Shown piece by piece: positions 51,436-62,543 of a stretch of 64,000 nt of DNA (positions within the stretch are counted from its first letter, which is position 1; every line of letters begins with the position of its first letter). The DNA comes from an uncultured bacterium. GTDB lineage: Bacteria; Chloroflexota; UBA5177; JANWHV01. Where the stretch lies: assembly GCA_963827235.1 (NCBI GenBank), contig CAWHAE010000012.1:416001-480000 (forward strand), read 5' to 3'. The notes below the pieces were generated by a model. The model was not told the origin of the DNA. It saw only the letters and a program-made list of their open reading frames with translations, and searched no databases. The position numbers and the translations under genes are program-made.

Positions 51436-53261
51436 GGGCGGACCTGGAAGATGTGATCAACTGGGAGAAAGGGCGAAGCCGGGAGGGCACGGGGAGGCCG
51501 GTGGATGGGGCCAGCGCAGGCTGCTTGGCGGCAGGTGGTGTCTGGCGCACGCGGTGGGGCGCTGCGGATGGCAGCGATCTGCGCAGCGGAGGGCGACGAT
51601 AAGGTACCCTCGACGCTTGCACGGCCAAGCAATCAAACACAACAGCCGTGCCTAGGCGAGGGTACGTAGTGGATTGTAGCGAACGCATGGCTGCGGTGGT
51701 GGCGGAAGTGGGACAGATCCTGCACGAGGGGCTGGGGTCGTTGTACGCGCAAGCACGCGGCACGGATCTGGGCAACATCGAGGTGCGGGTGCAGGCGCTC
51801 TTACGGCGGGTCGGGGGGCTGCTGGTGGGCGACCTGGCGGCGTGGGCGGCGGCCGAGGTGCCGACGGTGGCCCCGCCGTGTGCCGGGTGCGGCCAGCCGA
51901 TGCGGCGGGTGGGGCTGCGGGCGCGGCAGCTGGTGGGGCTGGTGGGGGACGTGCGACTGCAGCGGCCCTACTTTCACTGTGCGGCCTGCGGAGTCGGGCA
52001 GGCGCCGGCGGACGCGGTGTGGGGCTTGGACCGCGGGATGCTGACGCCGGGGCTGGCGCGAGTGGCGGCGCGGGACGGGCTGGAGGCGCCCTTCGGCTAT
52101 GGCGCCAGTCTGCTGGAGGAGCATTTGGGGGTGCAGGTGGACGAGGAGGTGCTCCGGCGTGTGACCGAGCAGCTGGGCCACCTAGTCGATGCGGACCAGG
52201 CGGCGGCGTCGCCGGTGCCGGTGACCGCGCCGCCGGCGGACGTGGACACGCTGGTGGTGGAGCTGGATGGGGGGATGGTGCACCTGCGCCGCGCCTGGAG
52301 CGAACTGAAGGCGGGCCGGGTGGCCCCGCTGGGACCCACCTTGCTGGCAGACCCGGACAGCGGCGACCGCTATCTGGCCCTGGGACCGTCGTGCTACTGC
52401 GCGGGTGTGGAATCCTGCGACGACTTCTGGCCGCGGCTGGTGCGCGAGGCGGTGCGGGCGGGATTGGGCCGGCACCTCAAGCGCGTGGTGGTGCTGGCGG
52501 ACGGCGCCGAGTGGATCTGGCACCAGGCGCGCTGCCAGTTGGGCTTGCCGGGCGTGGAGGTGATCGAAATCCTGGACTTCTACCATGCCAGCCAGCACCT
52601 GGCGCAGGTGGCCGTCGCCATCTATGGCGCTGAGAGTGACGTGGGCCAGCTGTGGCTGGACAAGCAGTGCCACGCCTTGCGCCACCAAGGGGTCGCCCCC
52701 GTGCTGGCGGCGTTGGACCGACTGCACCCCCGCAAGCACACCGCGGCGAAGGTCCTGCGGCTGACCCGCGCCTACCTGGCGGACCATGCCCAGCGGGCGG
52801 ACTACCCGGCCTTCCGCGCACGCCTGCTCCCAATCGGCTCGGGGGCTATCGAGGGTACTGTCAAGAACCTCATCCAGGCGCGCGCCGTGCAAGCAGGCAT
52901 GCGCTGGACACAGCCCGGGGCCCATGCCCTGGCCAACCTGCGCGCCTTGCACCGTTCGCCGGGCCGCTGGTTCGCCCTCTGGCAGTCGCGCCCGCTCTGT
53001 CGCGCTCTCGCGCTGGCCCAGGCAGCGGCAGCACCCCCGCCCCGTGCCGCGACCCAGACTCCCCACGCCACGGCGCGCCTGCTGCACCGACGCCACCAGA
53101 CGAGTCCCTCCCCTCGCCGACCGCACCCCAGTGCCGCAGCCGCATCCAGGCGGACGGCAAACCCTGGGGCAAAGGCAAAGGCTACTGGGGACGCGTGCCG
53201 GTTTGCCAGAAGCGCTTCGCGTGATCTTGCCTACAGGAGATCACATATCTCAGGTCCGCCC
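51436..53261 (+). mobile_element. ISKra4-family insertion sequence
   Basis: 23-bp TIRs GGGCGGACCTG(GAAG/AGAT)ATGTGATC (20/23); 9-bp direct repeat GTCGGGGCG at 51427-51435 and 53262-53270. Confidence 0.9.
51648..53224 (+). CDS. ISKra4-family DDE transposase (probable frameshift in C-terminal tail)
   Basis: CAGC/CAAC zinc motifs, ELDG, W.ELK.G, ADGAEWIW, ILDFYHA, PIGSG.IE, GMRW; alternate-frame tail ends at 53224 inside the TIR. Confidence 0.85.
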
Positions 53262-53353
53262 GTCGGGGCGCTTGCCTGCGCTCTCAACGTGCATTCCACA
53301 CACCCATTCACACGACGATACTGACATGCGCGCCGCACCGGCCGCAGCAGCCA

Positions 53354-54377
53354 TCACCGGTACAGCCCGTCGTTCGGCACGCGGTACCCTTCCCGCCGGA
53401 TCAGCACCGCGCCACAGCGAGGACAGCAGGTATCGGCGGCAGCATTGGGGACGTTCCCGATGTAGACGTAGCGCAGGCCCTCCGCGTGTCCCAGGCGGCG
53501 AGCACGCTGCAGCGTGGTGAAAGACGTCGCCGGTGTGGTCTGCATCCGTGCTGCCGGGAAGAACCGGGTAACGTGCCAGGGCGTTAGCTCGCCCAGGTTC
53601 GCCGCGATCCACGCCGCCGTGCGCTGCAGGTTCTCGTCACTGTCGTTCCAGCCTGGCACCACGTTGGTCACGCACTCGACGTGCAGCCTCCACCGGGCGC
53701 GGGCTCGCGCGGTGACCGCCAAGAGGTCCTTCATCGGCGCGTGCGCCAGCAGGCGATAAAAGCCCTCCTCGAGGCTCTTGATATCGACGCGGTATACATC
53801 AAGATAGGGCGCGATCATGTCCAGGTGCTCCCGCGTGGCGTAGCCGTTGGTCACGTACACCGTGTACAGGCCGGCGGCCTGGGCCAGGCGCGCACACGCG
53901 AGGGTGTAGGTCAGCCAGAATCGACGGCTCGGTGTAGGTCCAGGCCACGCCCTGGCAGCCGTGCGTCAGCGCCGCCTCGACCAGGGCTTCAGGCGTCAGG
54001 TTGGGCGCGGGCCATCGGCCGCGTTGGCACGGCTCGGCATGGGACAGGTCCCAGTTCTGGCAGAACCGGCATCGGAAGTTGCAGCTCGGTGCGCCGACCG
54101 AGAAGACCCGCGTGCCGGGCCGGTAGTGGTAGACGGGCTTCTTCTCGATCGGATCGGCGGCCGCCGCCGCCACGACGCCGTAGATGCCATCGTAGACGAT
54201 GCCGTCGAGGTTGATTTTGGTGCGGCAGTAGCCGAATTGACCCATCGGCAGCGAACACAGCCGCTGGCACTGCCGGCAGCGCACCCGACCATGTGTACCT
54301 TCCGGCACCGTGAGCAGCACCTGGCGCAGGCCGGAAGCGTGCTCGCGCTGCGCCGGTTCCTGCACGCCCGACGTCAT
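53354..54377 (-). pseudogene. amrS: AmmeMemoRadiSam radical SAM enzyme, frameshifted near 53918
   Basis: DPIEKKP.YHY.PG, CNFRCRFCQNW, TYTEP; then VTNGY, VDIK, PWHVTRF.P, YVYIGNV, CPRC. Confidence 0.85.
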
Positions 54378-54553
54378 GACAGGCGTCCCATTGCTGAGCC
54401 TACTCCTCCGGCCCGTCTGCGGCGCAGGGCCGTCGCGGCGCGGGACGAGGCCCTGCCTGCCTACGACGCGGATCCGGCTGCACCGCTGTCAGCACGCCGG
54501 CGGCCTTGAACCGGGAGGACCGGCAATCAACCTGCAGCTCGCCTGCAGCAGCA

Positions 54554-54655
54554 TCAGGCGATTGGCACCTGTATTGCCCTGGGCTTCTCCTCCTTCGGCA
54601 CGGGGATACGCACTTCGAGGATGCCGTCGGTGTAGCGCGCCGTGACGTGCTCGCG
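54554..54655 (-). pseudogene. Hsp20 C-terminal remnant
   Basis: EHVTARYTDGILEVRIPVPKEEKPRAIQVPIA* read manually on the minus strand. Confidence 0.7.
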
Positions 54656-55613
54656 CCTCTCCGTTCTGCTCTGCACTTGCTGCACCTGCCCACGCAGCCA
54701 ATGCAGATCGTATGCCTCGGCGCACGCATGGCAATCCGGTGAACCACCTGATGCGGCCTCTCATCACCGGATTATGGGATTGGCCGGACCCCGGTCACCA
54801 GGCTGGGCATATAGCCGAGCGTGAGATTGTCCTTGAAGTCGGCGATCGTGCCGGACTTGCTGGCCAGTCCCTGCTGCAGTTCGCGGGCACGCAGGCGCTG
54901 CGCGACCGCTCAGACCGGCATCAGGAGTAGGTGATCGCCATGTAGGAGCGCTGACCCAGCGGCCAACACGGGAGTACGGGGCCGCGGATTCTGCACTGCC
55001 GGCGCGGAGAGCGGCAGGTCAGTGAACGAAGCCTCCGTGCTACAGTCCCGCGCGGGGCTGTGCTGAGGCATCGCTAGCAGCGCGCGCCCAGCGAGGCGTG
55101 GCTCCTTTGCCAGCGTGGCAGAGAGTAAGCCACTTTCGCCCACTCCCACCGCCAGCTTGAGCGTGCCAACGGGGCAGGCGGTCGGCTCGGTCAACCAGGC
55201 TTGCCGCAGCATGATCTGACAGTGACGCGGCCCAGCGATCAGCAGCGCCTGGAACCGGTACGCGGCGTGCAGCGCGGCAGCCAGCCGGGCCGTCGCGCCG
55301 GCGCGCGACCACACACACTCCGGCGTGCACACCAGGCGCCCGGAGCGCAAGCGTATCGACCCCGTGCCGGGCGCATCGGCGGCAACGGCGAACTCCCGCG
55401 CGTCCACAATCGCCGAGCCGCGCACAACAAACACTCGCGAGCGGGCCTTGTCGAACAGGACAACGCCAAGACAGACCGCACAGTTCGAGGGCGCACACTG
55501 ACCGATCATCTTCCGATCTCCCTACGGTTCATGTTGTTGTGGCTGTGCGCCCTGCTTGCGATGGCCGGCACACGAGTAGCCAAGCAGACCCCTGCACAAT
55601 CGCGGTAAGGCCC

Positions 55614-56027
55614 ATGATTGTCGACTACCTGATGTTCGCCGACATTATAAAGGCGCAAGGGAACGTGCCGAGCCTCATCACCACCGAGTACGACCGGATC
55701 AGTGCCTCGTCCTTTCCGTTTACGTACACGCTGTCGGTCATCTTCCGTCTGCGCGAGCACTGGGTGGATGCCGAGACACCGAGGATTGTCCATATCGAAG
55801 TCACCGACAGCGATGGGCATCTCCTGCGGGAACCCTTCGAGTTTGAGCTGGACATCTGGTGTGACGCACGGACACCAGAAGGCACCGACGTCTCTGGCCA
55901 GTTCTTCCTCAAGGTCCGTGAGCTGGTGTCCGGCCGGCCCGGAGCTTTCATGGTGGCGATCCGGGTCGGCGAGGATGTGCTCCTCAGCAAGGCACTCTAT
56001 GTGTTGCCCAAGGGTATTCGCGCATAG
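55614..56027 (+). CDS. Hypothetical beta-rich protein (DUF6941-like)
   Basis: MIVDYLMFAD..., YDRI.ASSFP, PGAFMVAI pattern; coding-like composition. Confidence 0.5.
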   Translation: MIVDYLMFADIIKAQGNVPSLITTEYDRISASSFPFTYTLSVIFRLREHWVDAETPRIVHIEVTDSDGHLLREPFEFELDIWCDARTPEGTDVSGQFFLKVRELVSGRPGAFMVAIRVGEDVLLSKALYVLPKGIRA

Positions 56028-56371
56028 CCCGACAGCGAGCCCAGCAGGCACTCGTGCATGACGCCATGATCGGTCTGGATCGCCTCGCTGCCGCGCAGCT
56101 ACACATCGAGCGGCGTCTCCGGTACGTCTTGGCTCTTATGCCAGCGTGAGCTGTGGCCGCACCGGCCCGTGCTGTAGAGGTCTCGATGCTGGGGCGCAAT
56201 TCGCCTCCGTCCTTTGAGAACCGGTGCACGGCTGGCGCGCCGTGTGACCCAACTGCCCAGCAGTGCCCGACGCCAATGGCTCCGCACCTTGCGCGGACTA
56301 CTATTGCCGGGAGTCCTGGCCTGCGTGCAGACTGGACATGGACAGCAACCCTCGAGCGCGGACATCTTGCC

Positions 56372-57550
56372 ATGGACCATCCCAACATTCGCACACCGAC
56401 CCGCCTCATACGAGGCGTCGCAGGGGCGCTGCTCTTGCTCGAGAGCCTGGCGTCCGGTAATGGCGGTACCAGGCCGGCCGTCCAGGCCCAGGGTGTGTTG
56501 CTCCGCGAGGGTCCGATCTCCGAGCGGGCCGTCGCGCTGACCTTCGACGACGGACCGTCTCTTTACACCGCACGCATCGTGTCCGCGCTGGACGCGTACC
56601 ACGCGCATGCCACGTTCTTCGTGATCGGCGAGCAAGTGGCGCAGTTTGCCGATGTGCTGCAGACTCTGGTGCGCGCCGGCGACGAGGTGGGCAACCACAC
56701 CTACACGCACGCCAATCTGACCGGGTTAGCGCCCAGGGCGATAGGCGCGCAGTTGGCCGCCACCCAGCAGGCGGTGTACCGCGCCACAGGGGTGACGCCG
56801 CGCTGGTTTCGCCCACCGGACGGGGCCTACAATGTCAGCGTGGTCGGCACCGCTGCCGCCCTCGCCCTGCACGGCGTCCTCTGGTCGGTCGATCCGAGTG
56901 ACTGGACCCGCCCGGGCACTGGGGCGATTGTCCAGCGCGTGCTGGCGGCGGTCCAGCCCGGCGCCATCATCCTGCTCCACGACGGCGGCGGCGACCGCAG
57001 CGAGACCGTGGCCGCCCTGTCCTTGATCCTGCAGGGACTCGCACACGACGGCTACCGCGTCGAGACGGTCAGCGGGTTGCTTGGGCTGCCGGTGCCGCTC
57101 CCCTGCGATCGAGCGCTCGCCCAGCGGCGGTTTGCGGCGGCTGGAATCGCAGCGGTGCCCGCCCATGCCATTTACAATGCCTGGCTTGCGCGCTACTGCA
57201 GCGGGCTGGACTTCGGACCGGCGACCAGTCCGGAGCAAGGCCTGTCCGCGGGCGGGATCGTCCAGAACTTCGCGCGCACGGGCCATCGCATCTCCTGGCA
57301 GCGGCACACGGGCGCCGTCCAGGTGACGCTCGTCTGGGCCTGGGCGATCCGCGAGTTCGCCGCCCGTGGGATCGGCCCGCGCTGGCACACGCTCATCACC
57401 AACGCATGGTTTGACCACTACTTTGCCGACCAGGACTGGGGAGCCGCTCTCACCCAGCCCTATCGCAGGAACGGCGCCACGACGCAGTGCTTCCTTCATG
57501 GCTGTGCCACTGACCGTGCTGGGCGGGTAAGCTGGGCAGTGTCCGCGTGA
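56372..57550 (+). CDS. Polysaccharide deacetylase (NodB/CE4) with C-terminal repeat domain
   Basis: LTFDDGP, ATFFVIG, NHTYTH, FRPP.G, WSVD..DW, ILLHD. Confidence 0.9.
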   Translation: MDHPNIRTPTRLIRGVAGALLLLESLASGNGGTRPAVQAQGVLLREGPISERAVALTFDDGPSLYTARIVSALDAYHAHATFFVIGEQVAQFADVLQTLVRAGDEVGNHTYTHANLTGLAPRAIGAQLAATQQAVYRATGVTPRWFRPPDGAYNVSVVGTAAALALHGVLWSVDPSDWTRPGTGAIVQRVLAAVQPGAIILLHDGGGDRSETVAALSLILQGLAHDGYRVETVSGLLGLPVPLPCDRALAQRRFAAAGIAAVPAHAIYNAWLARYCSGLDFGPATSPEQGLSAGGIVQNFARTGHRISWQRHTGAVQVTLVWAWAIREFAARGIGPRWHTLITNAWFDHYFADQDWGAALTQPYRRNGATTQCFLHGCATDRAGRVSWAVSA

Positions 57551-57871
57551 TGCATCGCCTCCAACGCTGCCGCTACTGGACACGAGATCGAAGCCATGTG
57601 CCCATACCGCTTAGGCCTTGTCGGCCTGGCGGTCTGCGTACCAAACGAGTATTGTCTGCAGTGATAGGCAGTACAGATCTGCATGAGCATGCCATATGGC
57701 AGTCAGGGTCAGTGTCGTGCACCGCTCGGCGCGCTGCGAAACGCACACGTCGCCTCTAGGCCGGGCAGTTGCCTACCTGTGACGAGCGCGGAGCCGCACG
57801 GGCCATCTGCCGATCGCTGGTACGCTGTAGGCAGGATATCCTCTGACAAGGAGTACGGCGAGACGGTGAGC

Positions 57872-58624
57872 ATGGACCGCAAGATCGCGCTTGTTACCGG
57901 CGCCGGCAGTGGTATCGGGCGAGCTGCCGCGCTCGCCTTGGCTGCGGCTGGCCACACCGTCGTCCTCGCCGGGCGTCGTGGCGCCGCGCTGGAGGAAACA
58001 GCCCGGCTGGTCCCTACCACCGCCGAGTCGATGCTCGCGCTGCCCGCGGATGTCAGTGACCCAGCGTCAGTGCGCACCCTGTTTGGCCGCATCCAGGAGA
58101 CATTCGGGCGGCTGGACCTGCTGGTCAACAACGCGGGTACCGGTGCACCGGCCATCCCGGTCGAAGACATCAGCTTCGAGCAGTGGAGCGCGGTGGTCGG
58201 CGTCAACCTCACCGGCGCGTTCTTGTGCGCGCAGGCGGCGGTCAGGTTGATGAAGACCCAGCGGCCCCACGGCGGGCGCATTATCAATAATGGCTCCCTC
58301 TCCGCACACGCGCCCCGCCCACACTCTGCACCCTATACCGCGACCAAGCATGCCATCACCGGACTCACCAAGTCACTCGCGCTCGATGGGCGTGGCTACG
58401 ACATTGCCTGCGGCCAGATTGACATCGGGAATGCTGCGACAGAGATGACGGCGCGGATGCGCGCGGGCGTGCCGCAAGCGAACGGCACGCTGCTCGTCGA
58501 ACCGCGAATCGCCGTCGAGGAGGTCGCGGCCGCCATCGTCTACATGGCAAGCTTGCCGCTGTCAGCCAACGTCCTCTTCATGACGGTGATGGCGACCGAG
58601 ATGCCGTTTGTGGGTCGCGGGTAA
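57872..58624 (+). CDS. SDR family oxidoreductase
   Basis: [32 protein letters not shown]. Confidence 0.95.
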   Translation: MDRKIALVTGAGSGIGRAAALALAAAGHTVVLAGRRGAALEETARLVPTTAESMLALPADVSDPASVRTLFGRIQETFGRLDLLVNNAGTGAPAIPVEDISFEQWSAVVGVNLTGAFLCAQAAVRLMKTQRPHGGRIINNGSLSAHAPRPHSAPYTATKHAITGLTKSLALDGRGYDIACGQIDIGNAATEMTARMRAGVPQANGTLLVEPRIAVEEVAAAIVYMASLPLSANVLFMTVMATEMPFVGRG

Positions 58625-59125
58625 GCGCCGCAGTGCGCCGTGGTGCCCGCAGCAGTGCAATCGCGCACGTGGACGACCTGTTCGTCCTCAAGGAGGGCGC
58701 ACTGGGGCCGGAGCCGCCGGTGCAGCTGAGCTTAGAGCCCGTTCCTGCCCACGCCGCGCTGCACACACGCACGTCTCCGGCACGTATGTCTACAAGGGGA
58801 TCAAGAATGCGAACGCAGCGGAGGCCGTCTGCGTCGTACCGGAGAGCGAGCACGCCATATGCACGGCAGTCCTGAACCAGTTTCTAGCCGAGGAAGCGAA
58901 AGACCTGTCTTGACGCACTCGCCGCCCTGCCAAAGCAGAGCCTGGTTTACTGTTGAGGTGCCTTATCGTACAAAGTGAAAGCAGGGATTGGCAGGCCTGA
59001 CATTCAGGCGGATGTAGGTGGCGGCTAGCACGGCTGGGGACCAGGCGTACCGCAGCCTGACAACGGGGACCTCCCGAGCTTGAGTGTGCCACCGCGTTTA
59101 CTGCGGACAGGGGGAGAGATCATCA

Positions 59126-59896
59126 ATGATGACCACGTTGTCCGACCAGGCGAAGAACGTCGTGTTGCACTCTGCGCTGTTCGACAGAGGAATCGTGTTT
59201 GAAAGGGCGCAGGGGTCCCAATATTGGGATACGGAGGGGCGGGAGTATCTTGATCTGCTCTCGTCTAACATGGGTCCCGCGATGGTGGGCCATAGTCACC
59301 CCGCTGTCGTTGACGCTATTCAGAAGCAGGCGGCAAAGCTGGTGTCGACACGAATAACCCTGGATAATGTGCCCTTGATTGAGCTGTGCACGAAGCTGGC
59401 TGAGATCTCTCCCCTGGAGAGCACCAAGACGTACATCTGTTCAGGTGGTGGTGAGGCGAACGAAGCGGCGATCAAGATTGCCATGACGGCGACGGGTCGG
59501 GACGGTGTTGTCTCGCTGACAGGCGCGTATCACGGCCAATCCATCGGCACGATGTCGTTGTGCGGCATGCCCGGGCTCAGGGATCGGATCCCGCCCCGGC
59601 TGCGCATGAGGAGCTATCTGCAGGTTCTGTCGGGAGATCCCTATCGCACCTGGCCGGAGGCCACGATCGGCTGGCGCGACGCACTGGCGCAGCTGGACGC
59701 CACCGCCGATCAGGAGGGGATAGCCGCGTTCATCATCGAGCCGGTGCAAGGCGTTGCCGGACACGTCGTCTTCGAGCCCGGATTCTATCATGCCGTGACG
59801 CAGCTGTGTCGCAAGCACGGCATCATCCATCAACGTGACCGGTCTGCCGTCGTTACCAGCGCCGCCGAGTGCTCCGCCCTATTACTACTCCCCTAA
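59126..59896 (+). pseudogene. Class III aminotransferase truncated near 59827
   Basis: G.EYLD, GHSHP, GGEANEAAIK, AYHG, IIEPVQG; stops before the DE.Q motif and PLP lysine. Confidence 0.8.
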
Positions 59897-60119
59897 TCCC
59901 TTCGCGGACCAACGGTCTTGATCTGACCGGAAGCGGTGAGCCGACAACCGGCATGCCTGAGCGTCCCGAGACGCGCGTGCTCACAGCTCACAAGCGCACA
60001 CCCGCGCAGACGGAATATCACCAGGAAGCTCAGCACTACCTGACCGCGCGCGCAGAGCCCGGAGTATGCTGAAATGGCGCGGGTCAGCCCGTTCTCCGCC
60101 ACGAAGGGGGGCACGCTCA

Positions 60120-61193
60120 ATGCTCGGCACCTGGCAGATGTTTCGCACGCAGTCTGCGAAATACCCCTTCTACCTCGCCTTCGATTACCGGGGGAATACG
60201 CATCAACTCGCCCTTACCGGGCGCTGGCCGACAACGAAGGAGATCTTCTGCCATCCGGTTGACGACGCCTTCCTGGCGGATCATGGCGACTTCCTCCAGC
60301 GCGCAGCGCTCCACGATCCCGTGGGCATCCTCGACGTCGAAACGCTGGGACGCCCGCCCATGGTGGTCATCCACGTCACACTCAACCGAGCACGCCTGCG
60401 CGAGTCCTGGTTCCGCGTGAACACCCTCCGGTACAAGACGGGCGAGCGCCAGGGAACGTCATACCAGCGGATTCTGTGGACCAGTCCCACCGCCGCCCAC
60501 GCACCCAAGAAGCGCAAGTACGCCAAGGCGCCGTCCAGCATTCCGTTCCAGGTGCTGATCGACAGCCGCGAACAGCACCCACTGGACTTTCCCGCGCACA
60601 CCCGCGTGGAGCGGTGCCAGCTGCCGGTCGGCGACTACGCCCTGCTGGACCCCAGCGGCACCCACCCGCTAGCTGTGATCGAGCGCAAGACCATCGCCGA
60701 CTTCATCGCCCAGTTCAGCGCGCTTGGCGCGTTCCACGATCACCTGAGCATGCTGGAACGCTATCCCTACGCCGGCCTGGTGATCGAAGCCGGCTACCTG
60801 GACGCCCTCAACCCAAAGAATCTGCACACCTACACCCCCGACTTCGCCGCCCGCACGATCGCCGAGATGCAGGTCAGCCACCGCGCGCTCACGGTCCATT
60901 TCGCCCAATCTCGCCAAGGGGCGATGCGTTGGGTGCTTGCGTTCTTCGGGAGCATCTGGATCGAGCCGCGCGACAGCCTGGAAGCGCAGGCCCGCGCTGC
61001 GGCCACCAGCACGCCGGCCCTGCCACCTGCGGTCCAGGTTCCTATGGCACGCCGCAGCCGCCGACCCCGCACTACGGCGATCCCCGCGGACACAAGCGCA
61101 CCACCACCGGAGAGCGCTACCGACGAGGTCGCGCCACCACGAGCTACGGGCGCACTCGCGGAAGAACCGGGCCCGAGCGCGACCGAGAGATAG
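60120..61193 (+). CDS. ERCC4-domain nuclease
   Basis: IDSRE, L.VGDY, VIERKT..DF, LVIE motifs; uncharacterised N-terminal domain and disordered tail. Confidence 0.85.
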   Translation: MLGTWQMFRTQSAKYPFYLAFDYRGNTHQLALTGRWPTTKEIFCHPVDDAFLADHGDFLQRAALHDPVGILDVETLGRPPMVVIHVTLNRARLRESWFRVNTLRYKTGERQGTSYQRILWTSPTAAHAPKKRKYAKAPSSIPFQVLIDSREQHPLDFPAHTRVERCQLPVGDYALLDPSGTHPLAVIERKTIADFIAQFSALGAFHDHLSMLERYPYAGLVIEAGYLDALNPKNLHTYTPDFAARTIAEMQVSHRALTVHFAQSRQGAMRWVLAFFGSIWIEPRDSLEAQARAAATSTPALPPAVQVPMARRSRRPRTTAIPADTSAPPPESATDEVAPPRATGALAEEPGPSATER

Positions 61194-61424
61194 CCACAAG
61201 CAGAGACCACCGGCTGTCTCTGAATACTTGCGCCCCGGGCGTGTACGATCGTTCATGCGGGGCTGCACCCGCGCGGTGAGTCAGGATGCACCCGGCATCA
61301 TGGCAGGCTGATGCATACCCACGCGACTACCGCTTCTGACCCGCATGCTCCACCACCCTGGAAAGACCCCTAGAGCCACGTGCGCTCGTCCCTCATTGGC
61401 CACACCTTCGCGGCGGGTCAAACC

Positions 61425-61850
61425 CTAGGCCCGGACTAGGTAGTCGGTCGTGACGGGGCCGCTTGTGCGGTGGTCGTCCACTCGTAGCTCGTTTCCGCTC
61501 AGGCTGAGGACCAGCGTATTGCCATTGTCGAACTGGGCGACGGCCGTCGCGCTGCCGGGTACCCCAATAAGTGGCGTTACGCCCCAGTCACAGTACGTGG
61601 GGGAGCAGCTGCCGTAGCCGTGCACGGCGTAGCTGCCATCGGCGTTGGCCAAGATTGTCACCTGCGGCACGCTGGGCGTGTAGGCGAGGACATTGATCCA
61701 GTTGCCCACCAGTTGCGCGGCCGAGAGAGGCACCGGCGTGGCGGTCACGGTTGGCGTCGGCGTCCCAGTGACCGTCGGGGTCGGGAGCAACGAGGCCGTT
61801 GGTGAAGGCGTCGGCGGGGGCGTGTAGGTGGGCAGGGGTGTGTAGGGTAT
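61425..61850 (-). pseudogene. C-terminal fragment of a Pro/Thr-stalked secreted protein
   Basis: PT linker then GNWIN...VHGYGSCSPTYCDWG; no start or signal peptide. Confidence 0.5.
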
Positions 61851-61974
61851 GGAACACAACACGCGACCTACCGTCCGCAAAAACGGCGATGCGTCGGTGC
61901 GAGCAGCCTTCGTGGACCGCCCAGCCTCGTCACCGCCAGGACCTGCTGCCAGGTTCCCGGGCGGGACCGCTGCC

Positions 61975-62543
61975 TCACGGCCCTGCCGTCTCCGCCTGTG
62001 CATGATCCCCTTGAGCCCCTTCATTGAACCATCGATCCAGCTCGGTGACCGGCAGCGGCTTGCTGTGGTAGTAGCCCTGGGTGAGGTCGCACTGCATCGT
62101 CTGCAACAGCGCACACGCTTCCTGTGACTCTACTCCTTCGGCTGCCACCTCCAGGCCAAGCGCATGGGCCATCCCAGCGCAGGCGTGCCGGCTGCGTGCC
62201 GGCTGCCCCAGCATAACGGCAATACCAGCAGCGGAGCCGCAATCGACGCCAGGTCATCGAGCGCGTTGTCCAGCGCGTAGCCGCCGGATCGGAGCACGAG
62301 AACGGCCACGAGGGCGCCATTGAAGAACGCGGCCATCAACAGCCACGGCCACAGCTGGCGCACCAAGCCGGTACCCGACTCCTGCCGGCTCACGGCAAGT
62401 GGCCCCGCCGGCAGGGGGCGCCCGCCAAAGCTGGCTGCTGAGGAGATGCTCAGCACAGCTCGGCGCACAACCGCCGACGGGCGGTCCCACGGTAGGAGGG
62501 CCCTGGCCGGCGCAGACCCGCTGCGCTGTGCCGCAGTGCCCAT
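61975..62543 (-). pseudogene. Membrane EAL(/GGDEF) protein with large internal deletion
   Basis: N-terminal TM segments joined directly to the EAL end (AHALGLEVAAEGVE..QGYYHSKPLP). Confidence 0.7.

Noticed and set aside
54589-54601. 13-nt match (CCTCCTTCGGCAC) to the 3' end of tRNA-Leu as a possible att site
   Set aside because: Lies inside an in-frame Hsp20 remnant, no integrase present, and genes next to the tRNA look core
58608-58913. Possible hydrolase C-terminal remnant
   Set aside because: Similarity too vague to support a call
61225-61320. TGCACCC-like motifs resembling ISKra4-type IS ends
   Set aside because: Too short, no partner IR, TSD or transposase
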